Shown here: positions 29,664 through 38,223 of the stretch, piece after piece
Position numbering within the stretch: the stretch's first letter is position 1
How the letters are laid out: every line of letters begins with the position of its first letter
Source: an uncultured Gemmatimonadaceae bacterium
Lineage (GTDB): Bacteria > Gemmatimonadota > Gemmatimonadetes > Gemmatimonadales > Gemmatimonadaceae
Direction of reading: 5' to 3'
Length of the DNA: 64,000 bases
NCBI GenBank assembly: GCA_963817955.1
Contig: CAWFQK010000007.1
Location: forward strand, 32,001 to 96,000
The notes under the pieces: model-generated
What the model was told of the DNA's origin: nothing
What the model saw: only the letters and a program-made list of their open reading frames with translations
The model's database searches: none
Position numbers and translations under genes: made by a program

Positions 29664-30113
29664 TCAATCGATGCGGGCGCGGCCCGGTGCCACGACTATT
29701 GCCTGCAAGCGACGGCCGGTTTCGGTGCGAACGCTTATGCGGTCGCCGAGCGACGCGTCATGCGACGCAATGCCGCGCAAGGTCAGCCGCACATTCTTAT
29801 CGCTCCATTCCACCTGGACGAGCGAATTCGCCTCGACGAGAACGGGCCGTTCCACGGCCGGCGATCGAAGCACTTCGCCCGCGCTGATCACGCGCCGCGT
29901 GACCCATCCAGGCGACACACTGTCGGCCGGCGACTGCGCGGTCGTGTCGCGAAACGAGATGTCATCTGCGGTGAGTACAGTGCCGCGCGCCAGCGGCCGC
30001 GCCGCAACCGCGGCGCGATGCGGTGGCTGCTGGGCCACCGCGAGGCGCGCCGTCAATAGCGCGAGTGCGGCGAGTGCCACGAGCACGATCGGGCGTAACA
30101 GACGCTGCGTCAC
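29664..30113 (-). CDS. flgA: P-ring assembly chaperone FlgA (short, SAF domain)
   Basis: AARPLARGTVLTADD, LVEANSLV, G.A..DASLGDRISVR; lies between flgG and flgH. Confidence 0.85.
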   Translation of the reverse strand: MTQRLLRPIVLVALAALALLTARLAVAQQPPHRAAVAARPLARGTVLTADDISFRDTTAQSPADSVSPGWVTRRVISAGEVLRSPAVERPVLVEANSLVQVEWSDKNVRLTLRGIASHDASLGDRISVRTETGRRLQAIVVAPGRARID

Positions 30114-30114
30114 G

Positions 30115-30903
30115 TTACCGCACCATTTCGGTGGCGGTCTGCGACATCTCGTCGGCCGCCTTCACGGCTTTGGAGTTGAGCTCATACGCGCGTTGCGCGC
30201 TGATCATGTCCACCATCTCCTGCACGATCTCCACGTTACTGCCCTCGAGCTGCCCCTGAACAAGACGGCCCATGCCTTCGTCGAGCGGGTACCCGGTGGT
30301 CGCCTCGCCGGAAGCCGGCGTGGCGGCGTAGATATTCTGACCCATGGCCTCCAGCCCGCTCGGATTCGCGAAGCGCGCCAACTCGATGCGACCAAGCTCC
30401 GTGACATCGCTGCCGGCACCCTTGGACCCGCTGACCACGCCGGTTGGCGAGATGTTGACGTCGGTGACATCTGATGGGATCTTGATGCCCGCGCCAACCT
30501 GATAGCCATCTGACGTGACCAGCACGCCCTGATCGGATATCTGGAAACTGCCATCGCGAGTGTAGGCGGTCTGGCCGCTCGGGAGCTGGACTGGAAAGAA
30601 CCCTTCGCCGTCGATCCCGACGTCGAGCGAGCGCCCGGTCTGCTCGAGCGCGCCCTGGCTCTGCAGTCGGGTCACGGCCGTGAGGTGCGTACCCCGACCA
30701 ATCTGGATAGCCGGTGCCGTGTTCGTTTCGGAGCTGCCGAGTACCTGGGGACCTTGCATGTTCTGATACAGCAGGTCCTCGAACTGGGCTCGCCCACGTT
30801 TGAAACCCGTGGTGTTCACGTTCGCCAGGTTGTTGGCGATGACTTCCGTACGCGTCTGTTGCGCGGCCATGCCGGTTGCAGCGGTACTCAGGGCGGGATT
30901 CAT
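30115..30903 (-). CDS. flgG: Distal rod protein FlgG
   Basis: IANNLANVNTTGFK, FEDLLYQ, YTRDGSF, LEGSNV..AQRAYELNSK. Confidence 0.97.
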   Translation of the reverse strand: MNPALSTAATGMAAQQTRTEVIANNLANVNTTGFKRGRAQFEDLLYQNMQGPQVLGSSETNTAPAIQIGRGTHLTAVTRLQSQGALEQTGRSLDVGIDGEGFFPVQLPSGQTAYTRDGSFQISDQGVLVTSDGYQVGAGIKIPSDVTDVNISPTGVVSGSKGAGSDVTELGRIELARFANPSGLEAMGQNIYAATPASGEATTGYPLDEGMGRLVQGQLEGSNVEIVQEMVDMISAQRAYELNSKAVKAADEMSQTATEMVR

Positions 30904-30921
30904 GATCGTTGCTCCAGTTCT

Positions 30922-31623
30922 CTACAGCGGTTTCGCGAGCTGTGTCGTGATCGTTTCGTTGGCCTGATCCATCTCGGTGATCGCCTTCTGCACCGACGCG
31001 TACGCACGCTGTACGGCGACCATGTCCACGAGCGACGTCATGGAATTGACGTTGCTCTCTTCCACGAATCCTTGCTTGACGTTTCGGGCGTCGGGCGCGA
31101 TCGCTTGCCGAGTTGCGGGGGGAATCCACAGCGATTGGCCCTCGCGCGAGAGCTCCGTCCCCTGCGGAGCGGCTTCCATGCGTAGGCGATCGACGATCTG
31201 GCCGTTCTGGCTCACTGCTCCGGTCCGGTCCACATCCACAGGTCCATCCTTCAGCGTTAGCGGCTCGTTCTTCTTCATGCCGAGTAGTGGGCGCCCGTCG
31301 GCATCGACGAGGTGATGCTTCTCGTCGAGCCGCAGACTGCCGCCGCGGGTGTAACGCTCGCCGTTCGGCGTGGCGACGACGAAGAACCCTGGGCCGTCGA
31401 TCGCCGTGTCGAGGGCGTTGCCGGTTTGCCGGAGATTGCCCGTGCTGAGATCTGATTGTGTGTTCGCCACCGGGCGTACGCCGTCGAGCAGACTCGCGAA
31501 CACGCGTTGCGCCTTGAACCCGTCGGTTGAGACGTTGGCAAGGTTGTTGGCCACGATCTCCTGCTTGCGCTCCCAATAACGAAGGGCGCTGGAGGCGCTG
31601 TCCATACCGTTCAATTGAGGCAT
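30922..31623 (-). CDS. flgF: Rod protein FlgF
   Basis: ANNLANVSTDGFK, TGNALD.AIDG.GFF, YTRGG, EESNVN; start MPQLNG (31623). Confidence 0.92.
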   Translation of the reverse strand: MPQLNGMDSASSALRYWERKQEIVANNLANVSTDGFKAQRVFASLLDGVRPVANTQSDLSTGNLRQTGNALDTAIDGPGFFVVATPNGERYTRGGSLRLDEKHHLVDADGRPLLGMKKNEPLTLKDGPVDVDRTGAVSQNGQIVDRLRMEAAPQGTELSREGQSLWIPPATRQAIAPDARNVKQGFVEESNVNSMTSLVDMVAVQRAYASVQKAITEMDQANETITTQLAKPL

Positions 31624-31717
31624 GTGGCGACTAGTCCGAAGCGGCTGGAGGGCGGAAGGCGAGACGACAACGAGCGGTGGAGCTACAAGAACTTCCTGTA
31701 CGCGTTCCATGGGAAAG

Positions 31718-31733
31718 GCAACGGCCATGCCCC
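31718..31733 (-). promoter_or_regulatory. Candidate sigma54 promoter of the flgF-csrA operon
   Basis: Minus strand GGGCATGGCCGTTGC (GG-N10-GC) followed by CTTTCCC, the same context as at fliL. Confidence 0.7.
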
Positions 31734-31899
31734 GTCATTGTCCGCTCGACTATTGCGCGTAACGCCTTGTTGCATGGTCGCTTACGCGGCGTTTCTCCGT
31801 TCTGTCGGCCAAGGGCTGCGGCAGGCAATTGTTGCCGGTATGGATGGAATTGCCGGGTCATGACACCGGCACCGGATGCCGGTTCACCCACAAATGCAA

Positions 31900-31925
31900 A
31901 GATCCGGGCTTGTACGCCCGGATCT
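31900..31925 (-). terminator. Perfect 10-bp hairpin, candidate terminator between fliA and the flgF promoter region
   Basis: AGATCCGGGC-ttgtac-GCCCGGATCT, followed on the minus strand by TTGCATTTG. Confidence 0.5.
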
Positions 31926-31984
31926 CGCCCTGCCATCCCTCACCCTTTCGGGAGATGTGTCTTCGCGGAAACGAGTGGGCGAAT

Positions 31985-32325
31985 TGCCTGTCATCCTGAG
32001 CGAAGCGAAGGATCTCGGTGACCGATAGAACAGCTTTTCAACGCAGAGGTCGCAGAGAACTGCAAGAGAACTGCAGAGAACTGCAGAGGGACATCGAGTA
32101 AATCTTATCCGGAAGTCTTGGATGCCCCCTTCGTGACGCTCGGGGTCCCGAAGCTGAGAGCTGGGATCATCTGAGACATGGGATCAAGAGATGGGATCGT
32201 CCGACTGGTGAATCGCCCCTCGCGTCCCACCTACACGCGCGTCCCTCTTGCAGTTCTCTGCAGTTCTCTGCAGTTCTCTGCAGTTCTCTTGCAGTTCTCT
32301 GCGTCCTCAGCGTTAAAAAAAACTG
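31985..32325 (+). mobile_element. Composite MITE/REP-like element, copy 2
   Basis: TGCCTGTCATCCTGAGCGAAGCGAAGGATCTC, then CAGCTTTTCAACGCAGAGGTCGCAGAGAACTGCA arm and an inverted (TGCAGTTCTC)x5 arm; interior blocks shared with copy 1. Confidence 0.7.
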
Positions 32326-32423
32326 GCCGCCCCTCGAGGCGCCCGAACTCACCCGCACAAATCCCCGAGAACTGCCTTCATCGCGCCGTGGCTCCCCTTT
32401 CCCAGACCGCGGCGCAACGAACG

Positions 32424-33176
32424 TCAGGAGGCGAGCGCCATGCCGATCGTCTCGCGCAGCCGCGACAGCGCCTTCGAGCGGATCTGCGAGACGCGCGATT
32501 CCGTCAGTCCAAGGATTTCGGCGATCTCGTGCAGCTTCAGCTCTTCGAAATAGTAGAGCGCGAGCACGGTGCGCTCCTGCTCTTTCAGTTTCATGATCGC
32601 CTCGCGCAACATCGCGACTTCCTGTTCGCGGCCGAGCTGCGCGTCGACGCCCTCATCCGGATCCGTGTGCAGGAGGTCGAGTGGCGAGGAATGCTGCTCG
32701 CCACGTTCGTTCGCCGGCCGATCGATCGGCACGCGGATGGCGCCCTCGACGTCAGACTCCCATTTCCAGAGCGTCTGCACGTCCACGCCCAATGCTTTGG
32801 CGACTTCGGCATCGTCGGGACGACGGCACAACTTCGCGGCGAGCGCTGAACGCGCGGCCGAGATGTCGCGCGTCTTGCGGCGCACGGAGCGGGGCACGTG
32901 ATCCTGGCGGCGCAGCTCGTCGAGAATCGCGCCGCGAATTCGTGGCACCGCGAAGGTGCTGAACGCCAACCCACGGTCGGGGTCGAAGGCGGTCATGGCC
33001 GACATCAGGCCAAGCGTACCCGCGCTGACGAGCTCGTCGTGATCGAGCTCGTTGCTGAGTTTGCGCTCGAGCTGCCGCGCGACGTGATGCACGAGGCTCA
33101 GGTTCTCTGTGAGGAGCATGTCTCGGGCAGCCAGGTCGCCAGCGGCGAAGGCCATCCAATGGGCTCGGGAATCCAT
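32424..33176 (-). CDS. fliA: RNA polymerase sigma28 factor FliA/WhiG
   Basis: ELVSAGTLGL, FSTFAVPRIRGAILDELR..DHVPRS, LYYFEEL..EIAEILGLTESRVSQI; start MDSRAH with GGAG. Confidence 0.95.
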   Translation of the reverse strand: MDSRAHWMAFAAGDLAARDMLLTENLSLVHHVARQLERKLSNELDHDELVSAGTLGLMSAMTAFDPDRGLAFSTFAVPRIRGAILDELRRQDHVPRSVRRKTRDISAARSALAAKLCRRPDDAEVAKALGVDVQTLWKWESDVEGAIRVPIDRPANERGEQHSSPLDLLHTDPDEGVDAQLGREQEVAMLREAIMKLKEQERTVLALYYFEELKLHEIAEILGLTESRVSQIRSKALSRLRETIGMALAS

Positions 33177-33178
33177 GT

Positions 33179-33994
33179 TCAGCTCCAGCGTCGAGAGGGG
33201 GGAAAGGGATTGGGCATCGCGGCTGGACGCGGAGCGGTCAACCGTGACGGGAGTAGAGCGTCGACAACGCCGCGGATGGCATCCGCGGCTGGAGAACCAT
33301 CGAGTGCGTCGCGCACGGTCATTCCGGCGCCAACGGCCGCCTGCAGACAGGGGTCGTCTGGAATGACACCGGCGACGTCGATCGTGCGGCCAAGGAAGTG
33401 CGAACACGCGCCGACGAGGAAATCGCAGGCCTCTTCGGCGAGCGCCTCACCGTGGCGGTTGCACACCACGGAAATCGGAGCGTCGGTGCGCGCGGCGCGC
33501 ACCGATTTGACCAGTGCATAGTTGGCGGCGAGCGCGAGACGATCGGCGGACGTCACGAGCAGGAGCGACGGATCCGCCAACTCACTGACCGCGGTGATCG
33601 TGTCCAGGCGCGAACCGCCATCGAAGATCACGACGTCGAATTTGCTGTACGCGTGCGCCAGGCGCGTGAGCGCGGCGCGTCGTTCGTGGTCCGTTGCAGG
33701 CGGGACAGCGGCGGCGCACGTTCCGCCCGCGACAAGCGTGAGTCCATCGTCCACCGCGATCAGCACGTCGTCGGGCCGCGACCGCGGGGCGATGAGACTC
33801 CAGAGACTGCTCGTCGGCCGCTGACCGAACAAGATGTGCAGCGTTCCCCCGGATTCGGTCGTATCGACGATCAACACGCGATCGCCGCGTTGCGCAGCGG
33901 CGAGCGCCGTGAGCGCCGCGACGACTGACGTCCCAACGCCGCCCTTGCCGCTGGCGACGAGGAGCATTGAGGGTTGCGACCACGTGGTTCTCAT
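33179..33994 (-). CDS. flhG: FlhG/FleN-like MinD-family protein with degenerate ATPase motifs
   Basis: ASGKGGVGTS, ALAANYALVK, G.IPDD; position between flhA and fliA. Confidence 0.8.
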   Translation of the reverse strand: MRTTWSQPSMLLVASGKGGVGTSVVAALTALAAAQRGDRVLIVDTTESGGTLHILFGQRPTSSLWSLIAPRSRPDDVLIAVDDGLTLVAGGTCAAAVPPATDHERRAALTRLAHAYSKFDVVIFDGGSRLDTITAVSELADPSLLLVTSADRLALAANYALVKSVRAARTDAPISVVCNRHGEALAEEACDFLVGACSHFLGRTIDVAGVIPDDPCLQAAVGAGMTVRDALDGSPAADAIRGVVDALLPSRLTAPRPAAMPNPFPPSRRWS

Positions 33995-36072
33995 GCAACC
34001 TCCCACGTCGCCACGCTGCTCAGCTTCACGTACGGCGGCAACTCGGCGAGCGACACCACCGGGAGATTCGGCAGTACCGGCTCCACGAGGCGGCGAAGTC
34101 CCACGCGGAGTGACGGCGGCGCGAGCAGCGGCAGCGGCCGGCCTTCCACCACGTTCGCGGTGGCCATGTTATCGAGATCGCGCAACAGCGCGCCGAGACT
34201 GTCCGGTGTGAGCATGGTTGCCGGATTCTGGTTCGCGCGCGGGCTGAACAGACCGAGCAGCGACAGCTCCAGCTTGGGTCCGACGGTGATGCCGCGCACG
34301 AGCCCGTGTTCATCCATGTGCAACCGCGCGATCGTGTTCGTCAGGGCGCGGCGCGCATGTTCGGTGAGCACCTCCGGATCCTTCGTCTGGTCCGCGGCGT
34401 CCGCGACGGCTTCGAGAATGGTCACGAGATCGCGGATCGGCACCCGTTCCTTCAACAGGCGCTGGAGCACCCGATGCAGCACACCGAGCGTGAGCTTACC
34501 GGGAACGACATCGTCCACGAGCGCGGGATGCGTCTTCTTGAGCGTGTCCACCATTTCCTGCACGTCCTGCCGTCCCAGCAAGTCGGACGCGCTGGCCTTG
34601 AGTTTTTCCATGAGATGTGTGGCGACCACTGTGGCTGGTTCCACCACGACGTATCCGAGGGATTCCGCTTCGACGCGTTTCGTCGGCGCGATCCAGCGCG
34701 CCGGCATACCGAAGCTCGGATCGAGCGTGTCGATGCCGTCCACGTTGCCAATGATACGGCCCGTATCGAGCGCCAGGAGGAAGCGCGGCATGACTTCACC
34801 CCGCGCTATTTCAGAGCCGCGCAACTTGATGACGTACTCATTTGCCGGCAAGCGAATGTCGTCGCGAATGCGGATGGCCGGCACGAGGATGCCGAGTTCC
34901 TGCGCCGACTGCTTGCGCAGCATCGAGATCCGGTCGAGCAGATCGCCGCCCTGTTTCTCGTCGACGAGCGGAATGAGCGCGTAGCCAACCTCGAGCTCGA
35001 TCGGATCGATCTGCAGGAGGTCGGACATCGGGTCGGCCAACGGTGCGGGTGGTTGCGCGGCCGCGACGGCCGCCGCCTGCGTGGCGATGCGCTTCTTTTC
35101 CGCTCTCGCGGCGACATTGCCTAACATCGCGAGACCGCCGCCCAGCACCAGGAACGGGACTTTTGGAAGACCCGGCACGAGGCCGAACACGCCGAGTACC
35201 GAACCGGCGATGGTCATCGCCCGCGGCTGGGCACTGAGCTGCATCGCCAGCGTCTCTCCCATACGGGCGCCGCTGGCGGCGTGCGTCACCATGATGCCGG
35301 CGGCGGTGCTGATGATCAGCGCCGGGATCTGCGTGACGAGACCATCGCCGACCGTGAGGATGGTGTACTGCGACAGCGCCTGGCCAAGCGGCAGCCCGCG
35401 TTGGAATGCGCCGATGAAGATGCCGCCGACAATGTTGATGGCCGTGATGAGCAAGCCGGCGACCGCGTCACCCTTCACGAATTTCGACGAACCGTCCATG
35501 GCGCCGTAGAAATCCGCTTGGCGCGAGATGTCGTCGCGACGCTTGCGTGCCTGCTTTTCGTCAATGAGGCCGGCGCTCAGATCGGCATCGATTGCCATCT
35601 GCTTGCCCGGCATGGCGTCAAGGGTGAAGCGGGCCGCGACTTCGGCGACGCGCCCGGCACCCTTGGTGATGACGATGAAGTTGATGCCGACCAGAATGAG
35701 AAACAGCACGAGGCCGACGGCATAATTGCCGCCGATCACGAACTCGCCGAATGCCTGAATGACCGCGCCGGCGTGTCCCTGGCTCAGAATGAGCCGCGTA
35801 CTGCAGACGTTGAGCGCCAGCCGGAACAGCGTGAGCAGCAGCAACAGCGACGGAAAACTGCTGAACTCCAGCGGGTCCGTGGAATACAGGGCGACGAGCA
35901 GCACGACGAGGGACATGCCGATGCTCGTGGCGAGCAACATGTCGAGCATGACGCCGGGCAGCGGCACCATGAGGAGCGCGACGATGAAGACGACGGCGAT
36001 CGCCAATCCAACGTCGGCAATGCGCTTGCCCGACGCGCCGAGCACGGGCAGAGGGGCGACGGCGGTACTCAT
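33991..36072 (-). CDS. flhA: Export gate protein FlhA
   Basis: RVAEVAARFTLDAMPGKQMAIDADL, FYGAMDGSSKFVKGD, LTVGDGLV. Confidence 0.98.
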   Translation of the reverse strand: MSTAVAPLPVLGASGKRIADVGLAIAVVFIVALLMVPLPGVMLDMLLATSIGMSLVVLLVALYSTDPLEFSSFPSLLLLLTLFRLALNVCSTRLILSQGHAGAVIQAFGEFVIGGNYAVGLVLFLILVGINFIVITKGAGRVAEVAARFTLDAMPGKQMAIDADLSAGLIDEKQARKRRDDISRQADFYGAMDGSSKFVKGDAVAGLLITAINIVGGIFIGAFQRGLPLGQALSQYTILTVGDGLVTQIPALIISTAAGIMVTHAASGARMGETLAMQLSAQPRAMTIAGSVLGVFGLVPGLPKVPFLVLGGGLAMLGNVAARAEKKRIATQAAAVAAAQPPAPLADPMSDLLQIDPIELEVGYALIPLVDEKQGGDLLDRISMLRKQSAQELGILVPAIRIRDDIRLPANEYVIKLRGSEIARGEVMPRFLLALDTGRIIGNVDGIDTLDPSFGMPARWIAPTKRVEAESLGYVVVEPATVVATHLMEKLKASASDLLGRQDVQEMVDTLKKTHPALVDDVVPGKLTLGVLHRVLQRLLKERVPIRDLVTILEAVADAADQTKDPEVLTEHARRALTNTIARLHMDEHGLVRGITVGPKLELSLLGLFSPRANQNPATMLTPDSLGALLRDLDNMATANVVEGRPLPLLAPPSLRVGLRRLVEPVLPNLPVVSLAELPPYVKLSSVATWEVA

Positions 36073-37160
36073 GCGCGGACGTTCACTTGCGGGCTGCCGA
36101 GGCGGCCACGCGTACGGAGAACGAAGGCGAGCACTTCAGCCACGGCCATGTACAGTTCGTAAGGAATGAGCGTGCCGACCTTCGCGGTCTTCAACAGCGC
36201 ACGGGCAAGCGGGCGGTTCTCCACCATCGGAACGCCTGCTTCGGCGGCGATCTCCTTGATGCGCTCGGCCACCTTGTTCATGCCAATGGCGAGCACGATC
36301 GGCGCAGGCGCGATCGATGTGTCGTACTTGATGGCAATGGCGATGTGGGTCGGGTTGACGATGACGACGTCCGCCTTGGGAACGTCCGTCATCATTTGCC
36401 GGCGGGCGTAGGAGCGGGCAATCGACCGGCGACGCTGCTTGATGTGCGGATCGCCGTCGTTCTGCTTCGACTCCTGTTTCACTTCCTCCTTCGTCATGCG
36501 CAAAGACTTCTGGTACTGCCACCACTGCCAGACGTAGTCGCCGGCGGCAAGCGCCAGGTAGGCGCCGCCCGCCGTCGCGAGCATGCGCACCGCATACTTC
36601 TTCACCACGAACAGGAAGCCGAGCTGCGATTCCTGGGACAGCGCGATCGCATCGGGCAGCGCAGCCTTGATCGCGCCGTACACGGCCGTGCCGATGATGG
36701 CCATCTTGCCAAGCGATTTGACCAGCTCGACGATCTGCTTCATGCCAAAAAGATTCTTGGCATTGGCCGCAGGGCTGATGCGCGACAGCTGCGGCATGAT
36801 GGGTTTGAGCGACATCACGCCGCGCGCTTGCAGCGCCGCCATGGCGAACGACGCTCCGGCCATTGCGACGACGAGTCCGATGATCGCACTGAACGCGTGC
36901 GTCGCGGTGTCGCGAATGAGCGTCGTGGCCGACTCGCGATCGAGTGAGATGCTGCCGAGCGACGCCAGCCCGCTGCCCATGATCTGGAACATCGCGTGGC
37001 CGGCGATCGGCGTCATCGCGCTGATCACCGCGGCGCTTCCGAGCAACGACATGGCCACGGTCAGCTCCGGGCTGCGCGGAATGCGTCCTTCCTCGTGCGC
37101 TTCGTCGCGTTTGTGGGGAGTGGCCTCCTCGGTGCGGTCCGCATCGGAATGCTCGGACAT
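36069..37160 (-). CDS. flhB: Export switch protein FlhB
   Basis: RTEEATP, MTKEEVKQE.K..DGDP, NPTH autocleavage site. Confidence 0.97.
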   Translation of the reverse strand: MSEHSDADRTEEATPHKRDEAHEEGRIPRSPELTVAMSLLGSAAVISAMTPIAGHAMFQIMGSGLASLGSISLDRESATTLIRDTATHAFSAIIGLVVAMAGASFAMAALQARGVMSLKPIMPQLSRISPAANAKNLFGMKQIVELVKSLGKMAIIGTAVYGAIKAALPDAIALSQESQLGFLFVVKKYAVRMLATAGGAYLALAAGDYVWQWWQYQKSLRMTKEEVKQESKQNDGDPHIKQRRRSIARSYARRQMMTDVPKADVVIVNPTHIAIAIKYDTSIAPAPIVLAIGMNKVAERIKEIAAEAGVPMVENRPLARALLKTAKVGTLIPYELYMAVAEVLAFVLRTRGRLGSPQVNVRA

Positions 37161-37939
37161 CAGGGTGCACCGTGCGTGAACGCGGTGAAAGCCAGATCGA
37201 GCGTGTTGTTGTATACGCCAGACCAGCCGTTGTAGAACGCGCCGATGAACGGAATGGAGGCACCGAGGGCGAATAGGCCAACGCCGATCTGCAGCGGGAA
37301 TGCCACCGACAGAATGTTGAGCTGTGGCGCGGCACGACCCAGCACCGCCAGCGCCGTGTTGGCGACGAGCACGGCCGCGATGACCGGCGCCGCGAATTGC
37401 AGCCCGAGCGCGAACAACACGCTGGCCGAGCGCACCATGGCATGCATGCCTTCGGCGTGTACCGCTGTGCCGATCGGAATGAAGCGGAGGCTTCGCGCCA
37501 CAGCGTCGATCATCACCAGGTGCGCGTTCACCGCGAGCAGCATGGTGACGGCGAACAGCGTAGCGAAACTTCCGAGGACGTTCTCAGAACTGTTATTGAT
37601 GGGATCGAGGACGGCGGCACCCGACAACCCCGTCTGCATGCCGATGACGTCGCCCGCCATGCCGGCGGCACCGACGAGCAACGCGGCACCGAGCCCGAGG
37701 GCGAAGCCGACCAGCGCTTCGCCAAGAAAGGTTTCCGGCGTGATCTGGACCGTTGCCGTGGTGTGCGCCAGCGCGAGCGGCTGGAGCAGCACGGTGAGGA
37801 TGACGACGATCGACGTCCTCACCATGACCGGCACCGACTTCGTCGAGAAGACGGGGGCGATCGTCACCAAGCCGCCAATGCGTGCTGCGAGCAGCACGAG
37901 CGTCTGGGCGGATCCGGGGGCGAAGAGATCGAGCGACAC
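37160..37939 (-). CDS. fliR: Export protein FliR
   Basis: Multi-TM; AGDVIGMQTGL, GRAAPQLNIL..AFP. Confidence 0.93.
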   Translation of the reverse strand: MSLDLFAPGSAQTLVLLAARIGGLVTIAPVFSTKSVPVMVRTSIVVILTVLLQPLALAHTTATVQITPETFLGEALVGFALGLGAALLVGAAGMAGDVIGMQTGLSGAAVLDPINNSSENVLGSFATLFAVTMLLAVNAHLVMIDAVARSLRFIPIGTAVHAEGMHAMVRSASVLFALGLQFAAPVIAAVLVANTALAVLGRAAPQLNILSVAFPLQIGVGLFALGASIPFIGAFYNGWSGVYNNTLDLAFTAFTHGAP

Positions 37940-37952
37940 GGAGGCTGGGCGA

Positions 37953-38222
37953 TCAGGAAGCGAGTGACGGAATACTGCGGAACAACTCCGTGGTGTATTT
38001 CACCAGCACCTGCAAAACCCAGGGGAGCGCGAGCAGAAAGACCGCGCTGACGCCGACGAGCTTGGGCACGAAGACGAGCGTCTGTTCCTGGATCTGGGTC
38101 ACCGCTTGCAGGACGCTGACGGTGAGACCGATGAGGAGTGCCACGACCAGCATCGGCCCGCAAATGAGCAGGGCGAGCATGATCGCGTTGCGTGCGAGAT
38201 CGACGACGAGTGTGTTCGACAT
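37953..38222 (-). CDS. fliQ: Export protein FliQ
   Basis: QAVTQIQEQTLVFVPK. Confidence 0.96.
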   Translation of the reverse strand: MSNTLVVDLARNAIMLALLICGPMLVVALLIGLTVSVLQAVTQIQEQTLVFVPKLVGVSAVFLLALPWVLQVLVKYTTELFRSIPSLAS

Positions 38223-38223
38223 C

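Noticed and set aside
31860..31980. c-di-GMP riboswitch near GCAAAGATCCGG
   Set aside because: Lacks the P1/P2 GNRA tetraloop-receptor arrangement; a simple hairpin explains the sequence
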